From the NCBI RefSeq assembly GCF_009914755.1, contig NC_060942.1: a DNA stretch of 64,000 nt, one strand, 5' to 3'. The translations under genes were made by a program, and so were the position numbers. The notes under the pieces were generated by a model. It was not told the origin of the DNA, ran no database searches, and saw nothing but the letters and a program-made list of their open reading frames with translations. Of the stretch, positions 1 to 16,701 are shown piece after piece. This stretch comes from the human T2T-CHM13v2.0 reference genome, Homo sapiens. The stretch's first letter is position 1; every line of letters starts with the position of its first letter.

Positions 1-659
1 TTTTACCTAGGGCTGGCCTCGAATACCAACCTAACAGAACCATCTTTTCTCCCTAGACAATTTACACTTCAGAAAAGCATTTGGAACTAAGTTTTCATAA
101 GGTAGAAAGTAATTTAATGTTGAAAAGGTAGAGCCAACCATACATGAATAAATGCATATCCATTGCATATTAATAATGCAATATAATAATCTACCCTTCT
201 CACTTTTAGAAGACTCCTCTGAGCCCTTTCTCAATGTTAAGATGGCTCTGAGCTCCAGGCCAATTCTGACTTTTTCTCCTTGTTTCTGCTAAGTGTTCAG
301 GAGAGTTACAAGCAGACTCCAGGAAATGCATTTGAAATGGAGCCCTGGCAAAATTCTCTGAGACTAGAGAATAGTGAAGCAAAATGTAGGTAGCTATATC
401 ATGCCTGAAATAGTTGAATGAACAATGGTTGTTTATTCTAGATGAGAAAGAACATAGGGAGAGTACTATTACTGTTTTTCATTATTTCTACAGTGTCATA
501 TATATATATATAAGTAATCAAGAAATTGCAAAGTAATTTGAGTTTACTGTTAGTTTTTGAAGTAGTAGCCACCTCAACATTAGGGTTAATGTACATAAAT
601 GTATGTATTTGAAGCTAATGTGTTTGATTTAACAATAGAGTTGCCCTCTATGATCTCTA

Positions 660-1180
660 AGATTTGTTCATTATTAGTTCAACAAACATTTGACAGATAC
701 TGGGTCAAATAAGTTATAATGTGATGTATTTATAAAGGTCAAATAAGTTAAAGTCCTTTTCCCTCACATATCTGAAATAGCTGACATTCTAGTAAGGGAG
801 ACGGATGGATGACCAACAATTCTATACTGGAAGTAGAGACAAGGCATATTAGTTCACAGAGAGCCAGACATTCTCCAAAGGCTTGTTGGAGGGTATCTTT
901 GAGAAGGTAACTCTTAGCCTGGGATTTCTAAGAAAGGCAAAACCAAAGTCAGGCCATTACAGGCAAAGAATATGCAATGGAAGAGACATGGAAAAGAACA
1001 TGTTTTTTGGTGTGTTCTAACTAGGGAAATGTCAGAAATGCTGTATAGCGAGAGTCCTGTCATGGTTAGAAATCAGGCTGGGAAGGTGGAGAGGCCAGGA
1101 TGTGGAAGATTTTTGGATTTTATTCTACAGGCAATGAGAAGCCATGGGAAGATCTTAAACCCATGAGGAGCATAATATAA
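660..1180 (+). mobile_element. L2 LINE remnant (approximate bounds; strand tentative)
   Basis: Degenerate L2-like motifs (ttcaacaaacattt; ggattttattctacaggcaatgagaagccatgggaag). Confidence 0.5.
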
Positions 1181-1619
1181 AGCACAAACCTTTGTACAGT
1201 CTCATTCATTTGCAAAGATCCATGATCCCAAGAGAATAATGCACTATCACTTCCTTTTAACTTCCACAGTTCTTGCAGTTCATATCTGAAGATATTTACC
1301 TTTTTCCTGCCACAGTACTCTTTAATTTTAGCTTTGAAAATATTTATTTTGGTTTTTTAAATCATTCCAACAAATGAGTGTCTGTACGACAGAATTGTGC
1401 CCTCTTTATCTTAATATTCCTTACAGTAACTGACATATATATTTGCCTAAACAGATGCTCAAAAAAAGAAATACTGCTAAGACTATATGACTTAGGCATC
1501 CTCCCGGGGGAGAATGCCAGAAAAGAGGCATAAGGCTCCCCTAGTAAAGTCTGAGGATACAACAGGTACTCAAGGAGCATGTAATTTAAGCAAGAATACC
1601 TAAGATGAAGAGCAAACCA

Positions 1620-1790
1620 TGCTGCTTTCCACCTGAATTACTCAGCCTCAATTCCCTCATGTGTAATATGGGTAGAATAACTAGAATATTCATCTCATAT
1701 GGCTTTTGTGAGAATTAGACGGGATGATATAAGTGAAAATGTTACAGGAATTGTGCAATACTATAAAACCGCTAGCAATGTTGGTAACAA
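1620..1790 (+). mobile_element. MIR SINE fragment
   Basis: MIR core-like cctcaattccctcatgtgtaatatggg...ttttgtgagaattaga. Confidence 0.55.
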
Positions 1791-2128
1791 CAATGACGTC
1801 CATCATGAAGATAAGGAATTTTCAAGTAGTCAGACATGCAGAAATGCTTTCACTCTCATACAATTCAGATATAAGAACCTATGAAATGAGAACATCTTTA
1901 ATCATGTCAAGCCCAAATATGTTTACTATCTAAACTGTGCTCTGAATTTGGCTAGTGGTGCTCCCTTCCCATATAGTTTCCATTGGAAAAATCATTTTGA
2001 ATATTGAAAATGATAGAATGTAGAGTCAGAACTGCTAGGTGCTGGTGCTCGTTCTGGCTTCATTACTAATCATATTTTTTGCTTTCACAGCCATGGGATG
2101 GATAGTATTACAGTTCTGGCTTCCTCTA

Positions 2129-2481
<353 letters not shown>

Positions 2482-2959
2482 CTATATTTATGAAAAGGAA
2501 CATGCTATCCCCACAGATGTAATACTACTTGGTATAACATACAACACATTCAATGATTTCTAAGGACATTTGCCAAGAAAGGTGAGTTTGGGGAACTCAA
2601 AATTATGACCAAGAACTACATCAGCTCTATCCACCTACTCTAAGCCATATTTGTACACACAGAAACTTTATGCATAGAAATGGCTTTCCCAATCACCAGT
2701 ATAGTAAGTGCAAGGTTACTGCAGCTGTATGGGCACATAAAAAAGGACAGGAAATGAAATGTCAATAGCAAATGTAATGCCTTTCTAATATACGTCCTTC
2801 ACTTATTGAGACAGTTACCCAGCTGTTCTTGAAACAGGAATGATTTGTTAATAAACCAGGTATATTCTTTCAGCTCTCAAAAGAAGGAAAAATGCCTTCA
2901 TCACATTTTTCTCTCCCACATCACCTGAAAGTATATTTCCTGCATTTCTATGACTATAC

Positions 2960-3330
2960 ATTTATTTATTCATTCATTCACAACTAATTTCTGGGCACCT
3001 ACTACATGCTACTTTCATATGAGAATGTGGAGGCTAATCAAGCTGCCCTTGCTCTCAAGCACCTTTCAATATACTAAGGAAAGCCAGTCATGTAAACAAA
3101 TCAGGGCAATAAAACATTATAGTTGTTATGACAGAAGTATATGCAGCATACACAGGGAGACACAAAAGGGAATGTTTAATTCTGCCTGGGGAGAAAGAAA
3201 AGACTTTATGAAGGAGGTGATGTTTGATGTGGTTCTTAAAATATGAGTGAATTTACAGGCAGACAACAGGGAGAAAAGCTGTCTTAGCTAAATATAATGT
3301 GGAAATACAAGTACTGCAGTGTAGAATGGG
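2960..3330. mobile_element. L2 remnant
   Basis: (cattcatt) end motif and degenerate L2 3' sequence. Confidence 0.5.
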
Positions 3331-3789
3331 TCAGAGGATAGGATGATCAATTTACTGAGCAACAGAAATATCATCAGAGAAGGGATATCTGACACAGGAT
3401 ATCCAGTTAAATATCCAGATATGGAATCCAGCAGGCAGGAGGGTGGCCAGGGCTGTACATGACAATGATCCAACTCTGACTCTTCCTTCTGCTGAGCCTT
3501 GAGGACAGACATCCTTTTCCTAGGATGCAGACATTTTTCCTGGTTCTGTAATTGGAGAAAAGTCTTAGTGAAGTCAGTCTTTGGATGTGGCTCTTGGCCC
3601 TCTGACTTTGCTTCTGTCATCAGATCCTGCAGGCTTCGGGACTGTGATTCTTCATTGATGAGTGTTCTATCCTCCTCTAGGGCATGTGCCTCTATCTACC
3701 TGATGTCACAAAGTTTGCATCCAGGTAGATAGTCACTATTAGAGGAACAGAAATAGGGTCTTGTGTGGCATTCTTTTAGAATGGTTGGA

Positions 3790-3990
3790 AGGCAGCATCA
3801 CACAGTGGTTAACGGTATGGAGTCAAGCAATAGGCACTTCATACCCAAGCCTTAGGTGTGGGATCAAGGGTAGCATCCTTCGCCTTCCTATGCCCTAATT
3901 TCTTTATCTATTAAAGGGGAATAATAATAGTTTCTTTTATAGAGTTTTCCATGAGGAATATAACATGATAAATATTAACTTCTGTCATTA
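3790..3990 (+). mobile_element. MIR SINE
   Basis: ggcagcatcacacagtggttaa start and core tttctttatctattaaaggggaataataata. Confidence 0.6.
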
Positions 3991-6103
3991 TTCATATGAC
4001 TAGGTAAAGATGGTGAGATATTTGTCCCTAGAACGCAGATAACTGGATCAAGGCTACTCTTCCTGGAAACCTCATGTATGCCACCTGCCCAACCATTTCT
4101 ATGGACATATTATGAAGACTACATAGGAGACTTTGATTTGGACTTTCCTAAATGGTTGGTTTAGGTTTTCATCTAAACATTTGGATGTTCATGCATGTAG
4201 AAGCAAAAATAAGTGGCCTATTTTAAATACTGGCCAAAGCCTTTTTTATAATTCTTAAAAAAAAATAAACTCTCATGACATTAAATTTCTTAAAATCTAC
4301 ACATAAAAGTAGTGACTGCTCTCTCATATATAAATATAAAACTCCCAGCATGTAAGTGCATTAGCTAAAATAAGTATTTGATCCTTTCAACCAAAGCCCA
4401 TTTTCTCTTCCACCCAAAAACCCTTGAAGTGTGAGTATTACACTACTTTCAGATTTCTATGTAGGCAGGGGATAAATAGTCTGCTTCTGTAATTAATAAC
4501 TATTAAAGCTGTTTGACTGATCATATCTTTGGGTTCCTGAAATCTCTTCTGTGCAGGTGTGCGTTAATGGAATTCATTAAATTCATATATTTCAACAGAT
4601 AGTAATTTACGATCTTTTATAAGATCTGTCAGGAGCCGCAGCAGGAGATACAGGACTGTCTCAGGGCATTATAGAGCAAACCGGGCTCCCTCCCTCAGAA
4701 ATGGCTCGCCTTTGAGTACTAAATACGAATGTCAGTGCAATAGGTAGTCACATTATGTGTGTTCTATGACATTTGCTATCTGAAAATATGTAGGATAAGC
4801 TTTTCATCACTGGCGAAACCCTGAACAGGGCTGAATGATTTTCAGAGACACTGAAGGAAAAATGTGTGGGAGTTCTAACCACTTTATATTTGCCATAAAA
4901 AAGGAGAACTTGGGAACAGATCAAGGTTCTGAGAAAGTAATGAGTTTTCCCAGGGATGAGTCATCCTCCCAAGCTCACTAAATGGGGCAGCCTCTCCATT
5001 CTGACCAGTGTTTTCAAGGGAAACAGAAATCAGCCTTGACTTCTGTCATGTCCCACCCTCGGCTCAGCCCAAAGAGAACTGCTGTCCTGTCAGAGATGGG
5101 GTGTCCCTTCGGCATGGCCAAGTTTCTGAGTGGGCAAAGCCATCAGCCACTTTCTTCAGGAGATCCCAGGATGGCAGGGCCACATTTAGGAGGTGAAATG
5201 CTACTTGAGGGACTTTCATAATTAATTTAAAACTGAAAACAAGCCTGAGAGAAACAGTAAAGGTATTATGTAATTATCAGCTAACATCTAAGGGGATGGT
5301 TAGAGGTGAATGAGAGGCAATGCGAGGTAGGAAGTTGTCCTGAGCCACCAGGAACAGGATGAAGAGAATGAGTTGGGAAAATTAGAAAGTAACAACCTTA
5401 AAAGTTCCCTTTCATATTTTATAAATGGAGTAAAATGTTCTTCAGTGGTTTTGAAAGGGGAAGAAGGTTGAGTTGAGGTCAAAGCCGATATTGCAATGAA
5501 TGCTCCTGTTTATGCAATGCTCTTACCATTCAAAGAATTCTTAAAACAGTTAGACGAGGTTGGCAGGCCCCCTTTTAAAGGAGATAACTGAGCCCTATCC
5601 CTATTCCGAAGCTAATTTATGCTTCCAGGGTACAGTGGTCGTTTTCTGAGCTTATCCTATTCTGGAGTTTCCTAAGGAAATACAGACAGAGGCATCTGCT
5701 TTCAGGGACCATCTAAAAAATCAGCAATACCAGGACCACCAGCCAGATCCAAAATGTGAGAATGTGAGAGCCCTCACCAGGTAGGGGGGTATGTTTTCTT
5801 TTATTTTGTTTTGCTTGTCTTTGGTCAAAAAAATATATTTTTAATGTATTATATGGGCATATATACACATATGTATATTATATATATATATAATGTGTAT
5901 ATATCTTATGGACAATATTTACTACATGGTTAATTAGAGAAGTCATTTACCTTTTAAAATGCTTCATTTTCTAAACCAACCTACCATAGAGATATCTATA
6001 GATTATGCACCCCAACACATTTCTAGTCTAAATCATTAAACATGAGACCCTTCGAAATATAACTTTTGCACAAATATGGAATAGATCTATGACGTGGAGC
6101 TAA

Positions 6104-6162
6104 CCAAACTAATATACCCATATTCTGGCTAGGTGATCATCAGAATATGGGTATATTAGTTT
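6104..6162 (-). ncRNA. MIR5583-2: pre-miR-5583-2 hairpin (antisense reading of the same palindrome)
   Basis: The perfect inverted repeat gives identical 5p/3p sequences on the minus strand, offset by 2 nt. Confidence 0.8.
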
Positions 6163-6164
6163 GG
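6106..6164 (+). ncRNA. MIR5583-1: pre-miR-5583-1 hairpin
   Basis: Contains AAACTAATATACCCATATTCTG (recalled miR-5583-5p) and GAATATGGGTATATTAGTTTGG (recalled miR-5583-3p) as a perfect stem around a 13-nt loop. Confidence 0.85.
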
Positions 6165-6224
6165 TTAGCTCTACATTGTAGATCTATTCCATAGATCCTT
6201 CTGTTTTTTGAATTGTATATTATC

Positions 6225-6815
6225 TTTTAAATTGAGGTATAATTTACATCCAATAAAATACAGTGTACAGTTCAATTAAGTATATAGTTCAATGAATTTT
6301 GAGAAACGTATACACCCACATAATAAGTCCCCAATGAAGATACATAATGTATTCATCACCCTAGAGCATTCCCTTCCCACCCTTTACCACTATATCCCAC
6401 TCCATACCATCTCTGAGGCAACTGCTGTTTTGATTTCTGTAATGTCATATAAAGAGAACCATAAAGTATGTTCTGTGTTCTCTTTTATGTCTGGCTTCCT
6501 TCACACAACATAACATTTCTGAATCCATGTTAGGCTATGTATCAGTAGCTTGTTCCTTTTTTTTATTAGAGAGTACATATTGCATCGTCATACCACAACT
6601 TGGAACTATTCACTGGTTCATGAATATTTGTAATTTTTTTATGTTTGGTTATGAACAAAACTGCAATAAACATTCTTATATATAAATGTGTTTGTGGGCA
6701 TGTTTTCATTTCTCTTGTGTAAATACATAAGACAGGAATCTCTAGGCCATATGATAACTATAGGTTTAATTTTATAAGAAACTGCCAAATTATTGTCCAA
6801 AGTGGTTGTACCATT
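6225..6815 (-). mobile_element. Old L1M (L1MD/ME-type) 3' fragment
   Basis: attgaggtataatttacat... and aagaaactgccaaattattgtccaaagtggttgtacc are typical antisense L1M 3' sequence. Confidence 0.7.
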
Positions 6816-6991
6816 TTTAAATGGACACTTAATAGTTATATATGTTTATGGTGTACAGAGAGATATTTTGATATATACAATGTGTAATGATCAAATTAGA
6901 GTAATTAGCCTATCCCCCACCTAAAACATTTATCTTTTCTTGGTGTTGGGAACACTCAAAATCCTCTCTTCTAACTATTAAAAATATATAT

Positions 6992-7161
6992 ACAAAAGAA
7001 ATTAGCCAGGCATGGCAGCATGTGCCTGTAGTCCCAGCTACTCAGGAGGCCGAGGCAGAAGAATTGCTTGAACCTGGGAGGCGGATGTTGCAGGAGTCGA
7101 GATTGCGCCACTGCATTCCAGCCTGGGTGACAGAGTGAGACTCCGTCTCTACAGTAAAAAA

Positions 7162-7179
<18 letters not shown>
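6992..7179 (+). mobile_element. 5'-truncated Alu (right arm) followed by (TA)n
   Basis: Starts at the middle A-rich linker; long A tail. Confidence 0.9.
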
Positions 7180-7194
<15 letters not shown>

Positions 7195-7352
7195 GTATAT
7201 ATATATAATAAATTGTTAGTCACCCTACCATGTTTTAGAAGACTAGAACTTATTTCCCCTGTCTAGCTGAAATTTTGTTTCCATTAACCAACCTCTCCAT
7301 ATCTCCTGACCCAACCCTTCCTAGCTTTTAATAACCATCATTCTAGACTCTG

Positions 7353-7694
<342 letters not shown>

Positions 7695-7888
7695 TTAAGC
7701 TTCTGTTTGTGAGGGAAAACATGTGATATTTACCTTTCTGTGCCTGAATTATTTTACTTAACATAATATCTTCCATGCTCATCCATATTGCTGCAAATGA
7801 CTGAATTTCATTCTTTTGTATGACTAGTATTCCATTGTGTACATATAGCTCATTTTCTTTATCTATTCATCTGCTGATGAACACTTAG

Positions 7889-8312
<424 letters not shown>

Positions 8313-8819
8313 TAACCTTTTTAATGCCTTCATTATATTTTCAAATACTTCTAGGAATTAGTATTACAGGCAAGATTAATCAGTGTTAACTACTGATATT
8401 AGAATAATGATTCAATTTAAATCTTTCAAATAGTAATTTGTCAAATAAATATTCAGGATATCTTGTAATAGCTAAGTTTACAAAGAAAAGTAAGACATAG
8501 TCCTTGCTCTTGAGAAACTTATGATGTATTAAGAAAAACTAGAAGCCAATATGGTAAACGATAATGAATGTGCATAAACCAGTGTGGGGATATAAGGCAG
8601 TTACAAAGATCTTCACAAGGCTCAGGCTGGGCTTCAGATTCTTGAGGACATTTGAGCCTTGAAGAGGTCTTTCAGTCACTCAACATGTATTCATTAGGTG
8701 CCAATTATGTTCAGATGCTCAGTAAATGGAATTGCATTTTGTAAGGAGGGAGACTCAAGGTCAAAGCAGGAAGATTGTATCCAATCTGGAGCCAGCAAAT
8801 TGACAGGGAGAGAGAAGGG

Positions 8820-9010
8820 AATTAATAATTACTTCGCACCTATTGTCTACTGGGTGCTTAATCTCTCAGCAGGCCTAGTTCAAGATTTTTGTTCCCACAT
8901 TACAGACGACAAACCTGAGTTTCAGAGAGGTTACTCTGCTTGCCCAGGTTCATAGAGCATGCATGACGCAGAACTGGAGTGTGAATGCATCTGGTGTCCT
9001 TGCAGAGTCC
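8820..9010 (-). mobile_element. MIR SINE
   Basis: cccacattacagacgacaaacctgagtttcagagaggtt..cttgcccaggttcatag is antisense MIR core. Confidence 0.6.
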
Positions 9011-11639
9011 ACTCCCAGGGCAGCTGCCTTTTTGCACAGGCATAGAAACAGAATAAAAGAAGATGAAGAGAGAATGAGGGAGGCACCAATGGCAATGTGA
9101 TTTTAGTGGCTGAGGTTACATTATGCTTTAGCTAGAAATGGAAGCCACAGGGGCCTTGAGACAGAAAGTAAAGAGCTTTGGCTTTAAAATCAGAATTGCC
9201 TGAGTTCATATCCCGACTCATTCACTGGGTAGCTTGACCATTGTTGATTATAAGCTTAATCAGAGGTCATCAGGGATAATAATATCCATTGCATCACTGT
9301 ATACCAACATCCAGTGTTTAAGTAAATATGACACTTAGTAGTTGTTTGGGCAATATTATTTCAACTTTCTGTTTTGCCCATCAAAGGAACAGCTATTTCA
9401 TAATGTTGTAGAGCAGAAAAGAAAATTCATGTGTCAAATAAAAAGTAGTTATATTTATTTAAATAATGATCACGTCATTGGCCAAATTCTAAATGCAAGG
9501 AATTCATAGCACTGCCTTTTGTCCTGTGTGGACTCTGTCTTGCTTCTTCTCCTGTATTTTTATGTTGCTTTTTTTTTGGACATTGTGACAGCATTCTAAG
9601 TCCTAAAGCCCACCCATGTCCACCCATCACCTCCTTTTATAATGCTTATTGGTTTGGGTTTCAAGATATCTTTCATGAGCCATACTCACATTACCTTCAT
9701 GATATTAATGAAATTTCCTACAATTGCATGTAGATCACTGTTTCTTATTATTTTGCATGAAGTTTAGCTGACACGAACCTGCTTTACAAATGTACATTTA
9801 CTCCCAAATTCACTTGCTTTGCAATGCTTTAGATGGGTTTACCTAAAAACCTTGGCTACAATTGAGAGCACCTGCCAGTTCCACAGGAGCAATAATCAGA
9901 AGTGGTTTCTGACACTGAGCAATGCTATGGTCACACAGGGACTACCTGGAACATTGAGACAATTACCTTAAGATCAAGGCCCCTAAACCAAAAGAAGAGA
10001 AAAAAAAAGTTTTTTTGTTTTTCAATTGCTGGTTGGTTGTTTACAATCAGATTAAATATCCACTTTTTGCATAACCCATGGATAGACTAAATGGTGAATC
10101 TTAAAGACAATAATCAAAAGGGCAACATTATGGAGAACTCCTGTAAGGTAAGTCTAGAAACTAGAGTAAAAATGAACTGAGTGGTATTTCTAAGAGATTG
10201 ACTCAAAAAAAAAAAAAAAGCTGGTAGAGTCAAAACTAAAAGAGCAGAACCATCCAATTGGAGAATTTTTTAAGTGAGATGTAATTTCGTAGGTGACAGT
10301 AAAAACCAGACTGGACATGGCAGTAGCAAATGCACTCTAAGGAACAATTTCGGTGGTAGGAACAAGTTGGCCTTATTGCCCTAATGGATCATCCCTTTCT
10401 CTATCTGCTGTGATATGAGAGCTGATGAGATCCTGCCTGAGGCAGCGGGACTGTCTCAACACAGATTGTCTCTCCATTCACAGGGGTAAACACTTTACTG
10501 GGAGGTTTAAAGTGAAATTTAGAATTACACAGAAGTACCTAGGAAACGGATTATTTTTTTCTTCAGTGAACTCTTGAGAGGGCTTCTCAGTAAAGTTCAA
10601 GCAAGCAGGTGTGCCGAAAATTGCTTTAAAACCAAACAGACAGTAGGAGGCATGCATATGCCAGAAATCATAGCCCCCGTGAGAGAGACAAGCCCATTTT
10701 TCAGCAGCAGCAGCTGTTGGTGCATCTGCAGACAGGTTGTTGTCAGGAGTGTTGAGCAGAGAAATTTCAGGAGAAAGGTGCACATGAGAAGAGAAGAGGC
10801 GTGAGGTCTCTGGTGTATGAGATTCAGCAAAGAAACTTGGGTGATGCACTGAGTCCTGGGCTGACATTGTTAGAATTTAGAATTTCATCTGAGACTGGGA
10901 GCCTGGACGAAAGTGGCACTGAGACTTTAGATTGGAGTTTGTTAAATCCTGAGCAATAAAAATTGTAGTTCACTCTAATGAAACTTCCTGGGAAGACTAT
11001 TAGTATTAAACAGGGAGACTCTCTCCCCAGAAATAATGCTAAATCACAGACACAAATACTTGCAAGTCCAGTTCAGCACAAGCCAGAACATGATTGCACT
11101 TTTTAAATTAAATTCACTCTTATTGCTTTGGCAGTTGCCATTTTCTGAAATTTATAGGAATGGAACGCATGAACCAAAGGGCTAAGGGTGACCATACTGT
11201 GTTAGAGGGTACAGAGGTGAAGGCGACAAAGGTGGGTGGGCAGGCAGAGGAAGGGGTGGCCATATCTTTATTAAGCATTTACTTCAAGGGAGGAGATCGA
11301 TGAAAAAGGCTAGGACTCTAACATAATCAGAATTTCACAAAATTGTTGGGGATGTTAAGGCTCAAAATAACAACCTGTATTTTACTATAGAAAAATTTAA
11401 CTGTTTCTTTTAATGTCTCTTAGCATCATGAGGACCCAAAATTATCTTATATCCTTTATGTGACTCAATATGCCTGCTAGCAAATTGCTGATCACCAGGG
11501 TGGTGCTTACTTCTTAGCTTTTAAATTATATGGTAATATTAAAAATAAGTCTTAAAGGATCCTAATTCTTTAATAGTAGCCATCTTTATTCCACAAGCCT
11601 CACTGTGAATTATTTATCGAAATTCATTAAGTGAATCAC

Positions 11640-12450
11640 TTGCTCACGAATGTAGCAAATATTTGTTAAGCTGTCTCACTGTGTGCCAAGTGGTCACTTT
11701 TTGGACATAGAGATTAGAAGCATTTGGTTCCTACCCTCAATGAGTTCACTTTAGAATCAATGAAAGAAGGAACAAAATGACCTTTGTGACAAAATCACAA
11801 TACAAAGGAGTAAGTGCCACAGTATCTGCACTTATCCAATATGAACAAGGCTTCTCAACCTCAGCCTGGGGATTGAGATTAGAAACACTGTCAGGAAGAG
11901 GAGCTGCTGGCATTGACCTTTGGGAAATGAGTGATGATTAGGCAAGTGGCCATGGTTGGGTAAGGTATACCAAATGGGAACAACATGGACACAAGCAGAG
12001 GACAGACAGAACATAAACAATTAGGGAACTGAATACAGATCAAGAGAATCAAACAGAGAGGTAAGTAGAAAATCATAGTTTGAGAGGAGTTTGCAGAAAC
12101 AAGGCCAGAAGCTAATACAGGTAACACTAAGGTACATGACAGTGATTAGAATCCACCAGAAAATTTTGAATAGTAGTAATGTTAACAGATTTGCAGTTCA
12201 GAAAGAATTTTGGTGACATTGTGGAGGATGGATTCAACTGAGATGAAGCTGGAGGCATGAAGGCAGGTTAGGAAATTATTACAGTGGTCCAGAGAGCAAT
12301 AACGAAAGTCTGCACTAAAGCAGAGGTAGGTAGATAGCAGATGGGGATTTGAGAGACTTAGGAAATAATGTTTGTAAGATATGGAGTGTGAGAGGATAGA
12401 GGTGTGAGGGGAAGAAAGGATAGAACCTGGAAACATTCTTTCAAGCACAT
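11640..12450. mobile_element. L2 remnant
   Basis: L2-like ggtgacattgtggaggatggatt...ggaggcatgaaggcaggttagga. Confidence 0.55.
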
Positions 12451-13314
12451 TAAAAATATCAACCTATTTAATATCATAAGAGTCATATTAGTTAAGAAAT
12501 AATGCATGACTATACTACAGATGTGGAAATGGACACAAACCCAGGTATTGTCCTACGCTTATCAGACACCTGTTGCAGCCTCTTGTTGCAGATCAGACCA
12601 TCCCTTTGCAGTAAATGGAAGAATCAGAATCAAAGCCAGCATCCTGTTCTTTCAAGCACCCTATCTTGGATATAGCAATTAGAAACAGGTGAAACAAAGG
12701 ATGGGGGTTACATTCTGCAAAAACCTCGTTGCCCTAACCAGACAACAGGAGAAACAATGCTACAGAGAAAAACAGACTTCAGTCCAGATGGCAAGGTGAG
12801 TCAACGCATACCTCATCCTCTCTGCCTTTGATATTGGAACTATCATGGCCACATGTTTATCATAGCAAGTGGCCTTGGAACACGGTTACTTATAATGGCA
12901 GTTCTCAAAGACAAGATTAAATCGAATGAGAAAAGGCAATATCCGAAGCACAGTTGCTGAATGCTTTCAAATTGAAGAAATTCAAGCTCAAGTCTAAAAA
13001 CTGAAAGTTTAAGAAAAATAAAAAATGGGATATAAAAAAAGGGAATTGACCCCTAGACAGATAATAGTAAAAATAATGAATATCAAAGTTTAAAATGACC
13101 AGCAAAATAAAGCAGATATTATACACAGAGACTGCAATAGGACTGAGAACAGGGTTTTCATTGCCTATGGGAGATGCCACACAATAATGAGTAATAATGT
13201 TGAATGGGTGAATGAAAAACATTCATCAGTCTACAGTTGTATAATCAGCATTATTGAAAAATTAACAAAATAGCTATGTTTTGTCTTACGCAAATACTGA
13301 GTGAACTACGCATA

Positions 13315-14540
<1,226 letters not shown>

Positions 14541-14656
14541 TTAAAAACAATAAGAATATTTGGGAGATTTTTTTCAATCTGTTATTAAAACATAAGACTG
14601 TCCATGTATTTTGAAAGAGAAACCAATAATAAATTAGATTGTTAATAAAGAGTTAT

Positions 14657-15232
14657 TGAGGCAAGATAATAGGGTCTGGAGGCAGGGGACTTAAGGCCAA
14701 TTCGTGCTGAATTCCTAAAGCTGAATAAAAGGAAAACACCAAGGTCTAGGGGGCAGGGAATCTAAGGCCAATTAACACCGACTTCCTAAAGCTCAACCAA
14801 AAGGAAAAACCCCATCTCCCCCTGCCCAAGTAACAAAGGATCAAAGGCTACTCTCTCTGCAACCCTCCCCCTTCCACCACATCGCAGAGGGAATGGGAAA
14901 GTGTCCTGGATTGGCAGTGGGCCAAGGATAAGCCATCCCTTCATCTGCATAGGGCACAAATTCACCTCAGTCTTTAATTAGCCATGGACCAAATCCTTTA
15001 TCCAGATAAGGGGTAGCCCATAGGGACCTCAAAAGGAGTACTTAAAACCCAGAAAACTTTGTACCCAGGCCCTTTGAGCTGCAGGCTAGGGCCTACTCCC
15101 ACCCTGTGGAGTGCTTTTTTGCTTCCTGCTTTCCCTGCTTCCTTCCTGTTACTTTGTGCATTTTGTTCAATCCTTTGTTCAAAACACCAAGGACCTGGAC
15201 AACTCTCACTCACGATCTTCCTTCCAGTAACA
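14657..15232 (+). mobile_element. ERV1 solo LTR (MER51-like)
   Basis: TG...CA termini (tgaggcaagataatagggtctggaggcaggg...ccagtaaca) and perfect 4-bp TSD ttat. Confidence 0.85.
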
Positions 15233-15550
15233 TTATAATCTATGTATAATGTACCTATATATTTATGGCTAAACATTAGAAATAATAAAAATATAATGCA
15301 GTGCTTCCAAACCAGAAGAAAGAAAAACAAAGGAAATAAATAAAATTCTGATAATTAAATAAATATTGGAAGGAAAATAAAAATGTAAAAAAGAAAAATA
15401 TTATAAACAGAAAACACTAGGTATGGTAGAAATATTTCAAATATATCAAGAACTCCAATAAATATAAAGAAATTAAGCTTATTAATATCAGAAAATGTGA
15501 TACAGTCTTAAAATCTTTATTATGCTGCTTTAAAAGATACATTAAAACAG

Positions 15551-16137
<587 letters not shown>

Positions 16138-16336
16138 TTAGATACTCAAAGATCAAGCAGATAAAAAGTCAACATCTAAATGATTAAAATAAACATATTA
16201 ACAAATTTGAATATACCCATCTCCCTCTACGTCAATTTCAAAATTTTTAAACAAATATTTGTAAAACTCTATGCTCATAAAATAGACTTCTTCAAATATA
16301 TATGGAACACTTTTTAAAAATTTGATTACATTCTAA

Positions 16337-16701
<365 letters not shown>

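Larger units (their letters stand above)
6075..6193. repeat. 53-bp-arm inverted repeat (arms 6075-6127 and 6141-6193)
   Basis: Arms are reverse complements with 4 transition differences, all in the outer part. Confidence 0.95.

Noticed and set aside
10478-10867. Three overlapping ORFs up to 129 aa
   Set aside because: No recognisable domain and no coherent splice structure; lengths are compatible with chance
14670-14812. ~70 bp tandem repeat at the start of the LTR
   Set aside because: Most likely an intrinsic feature of the LTR family, not locus-specific
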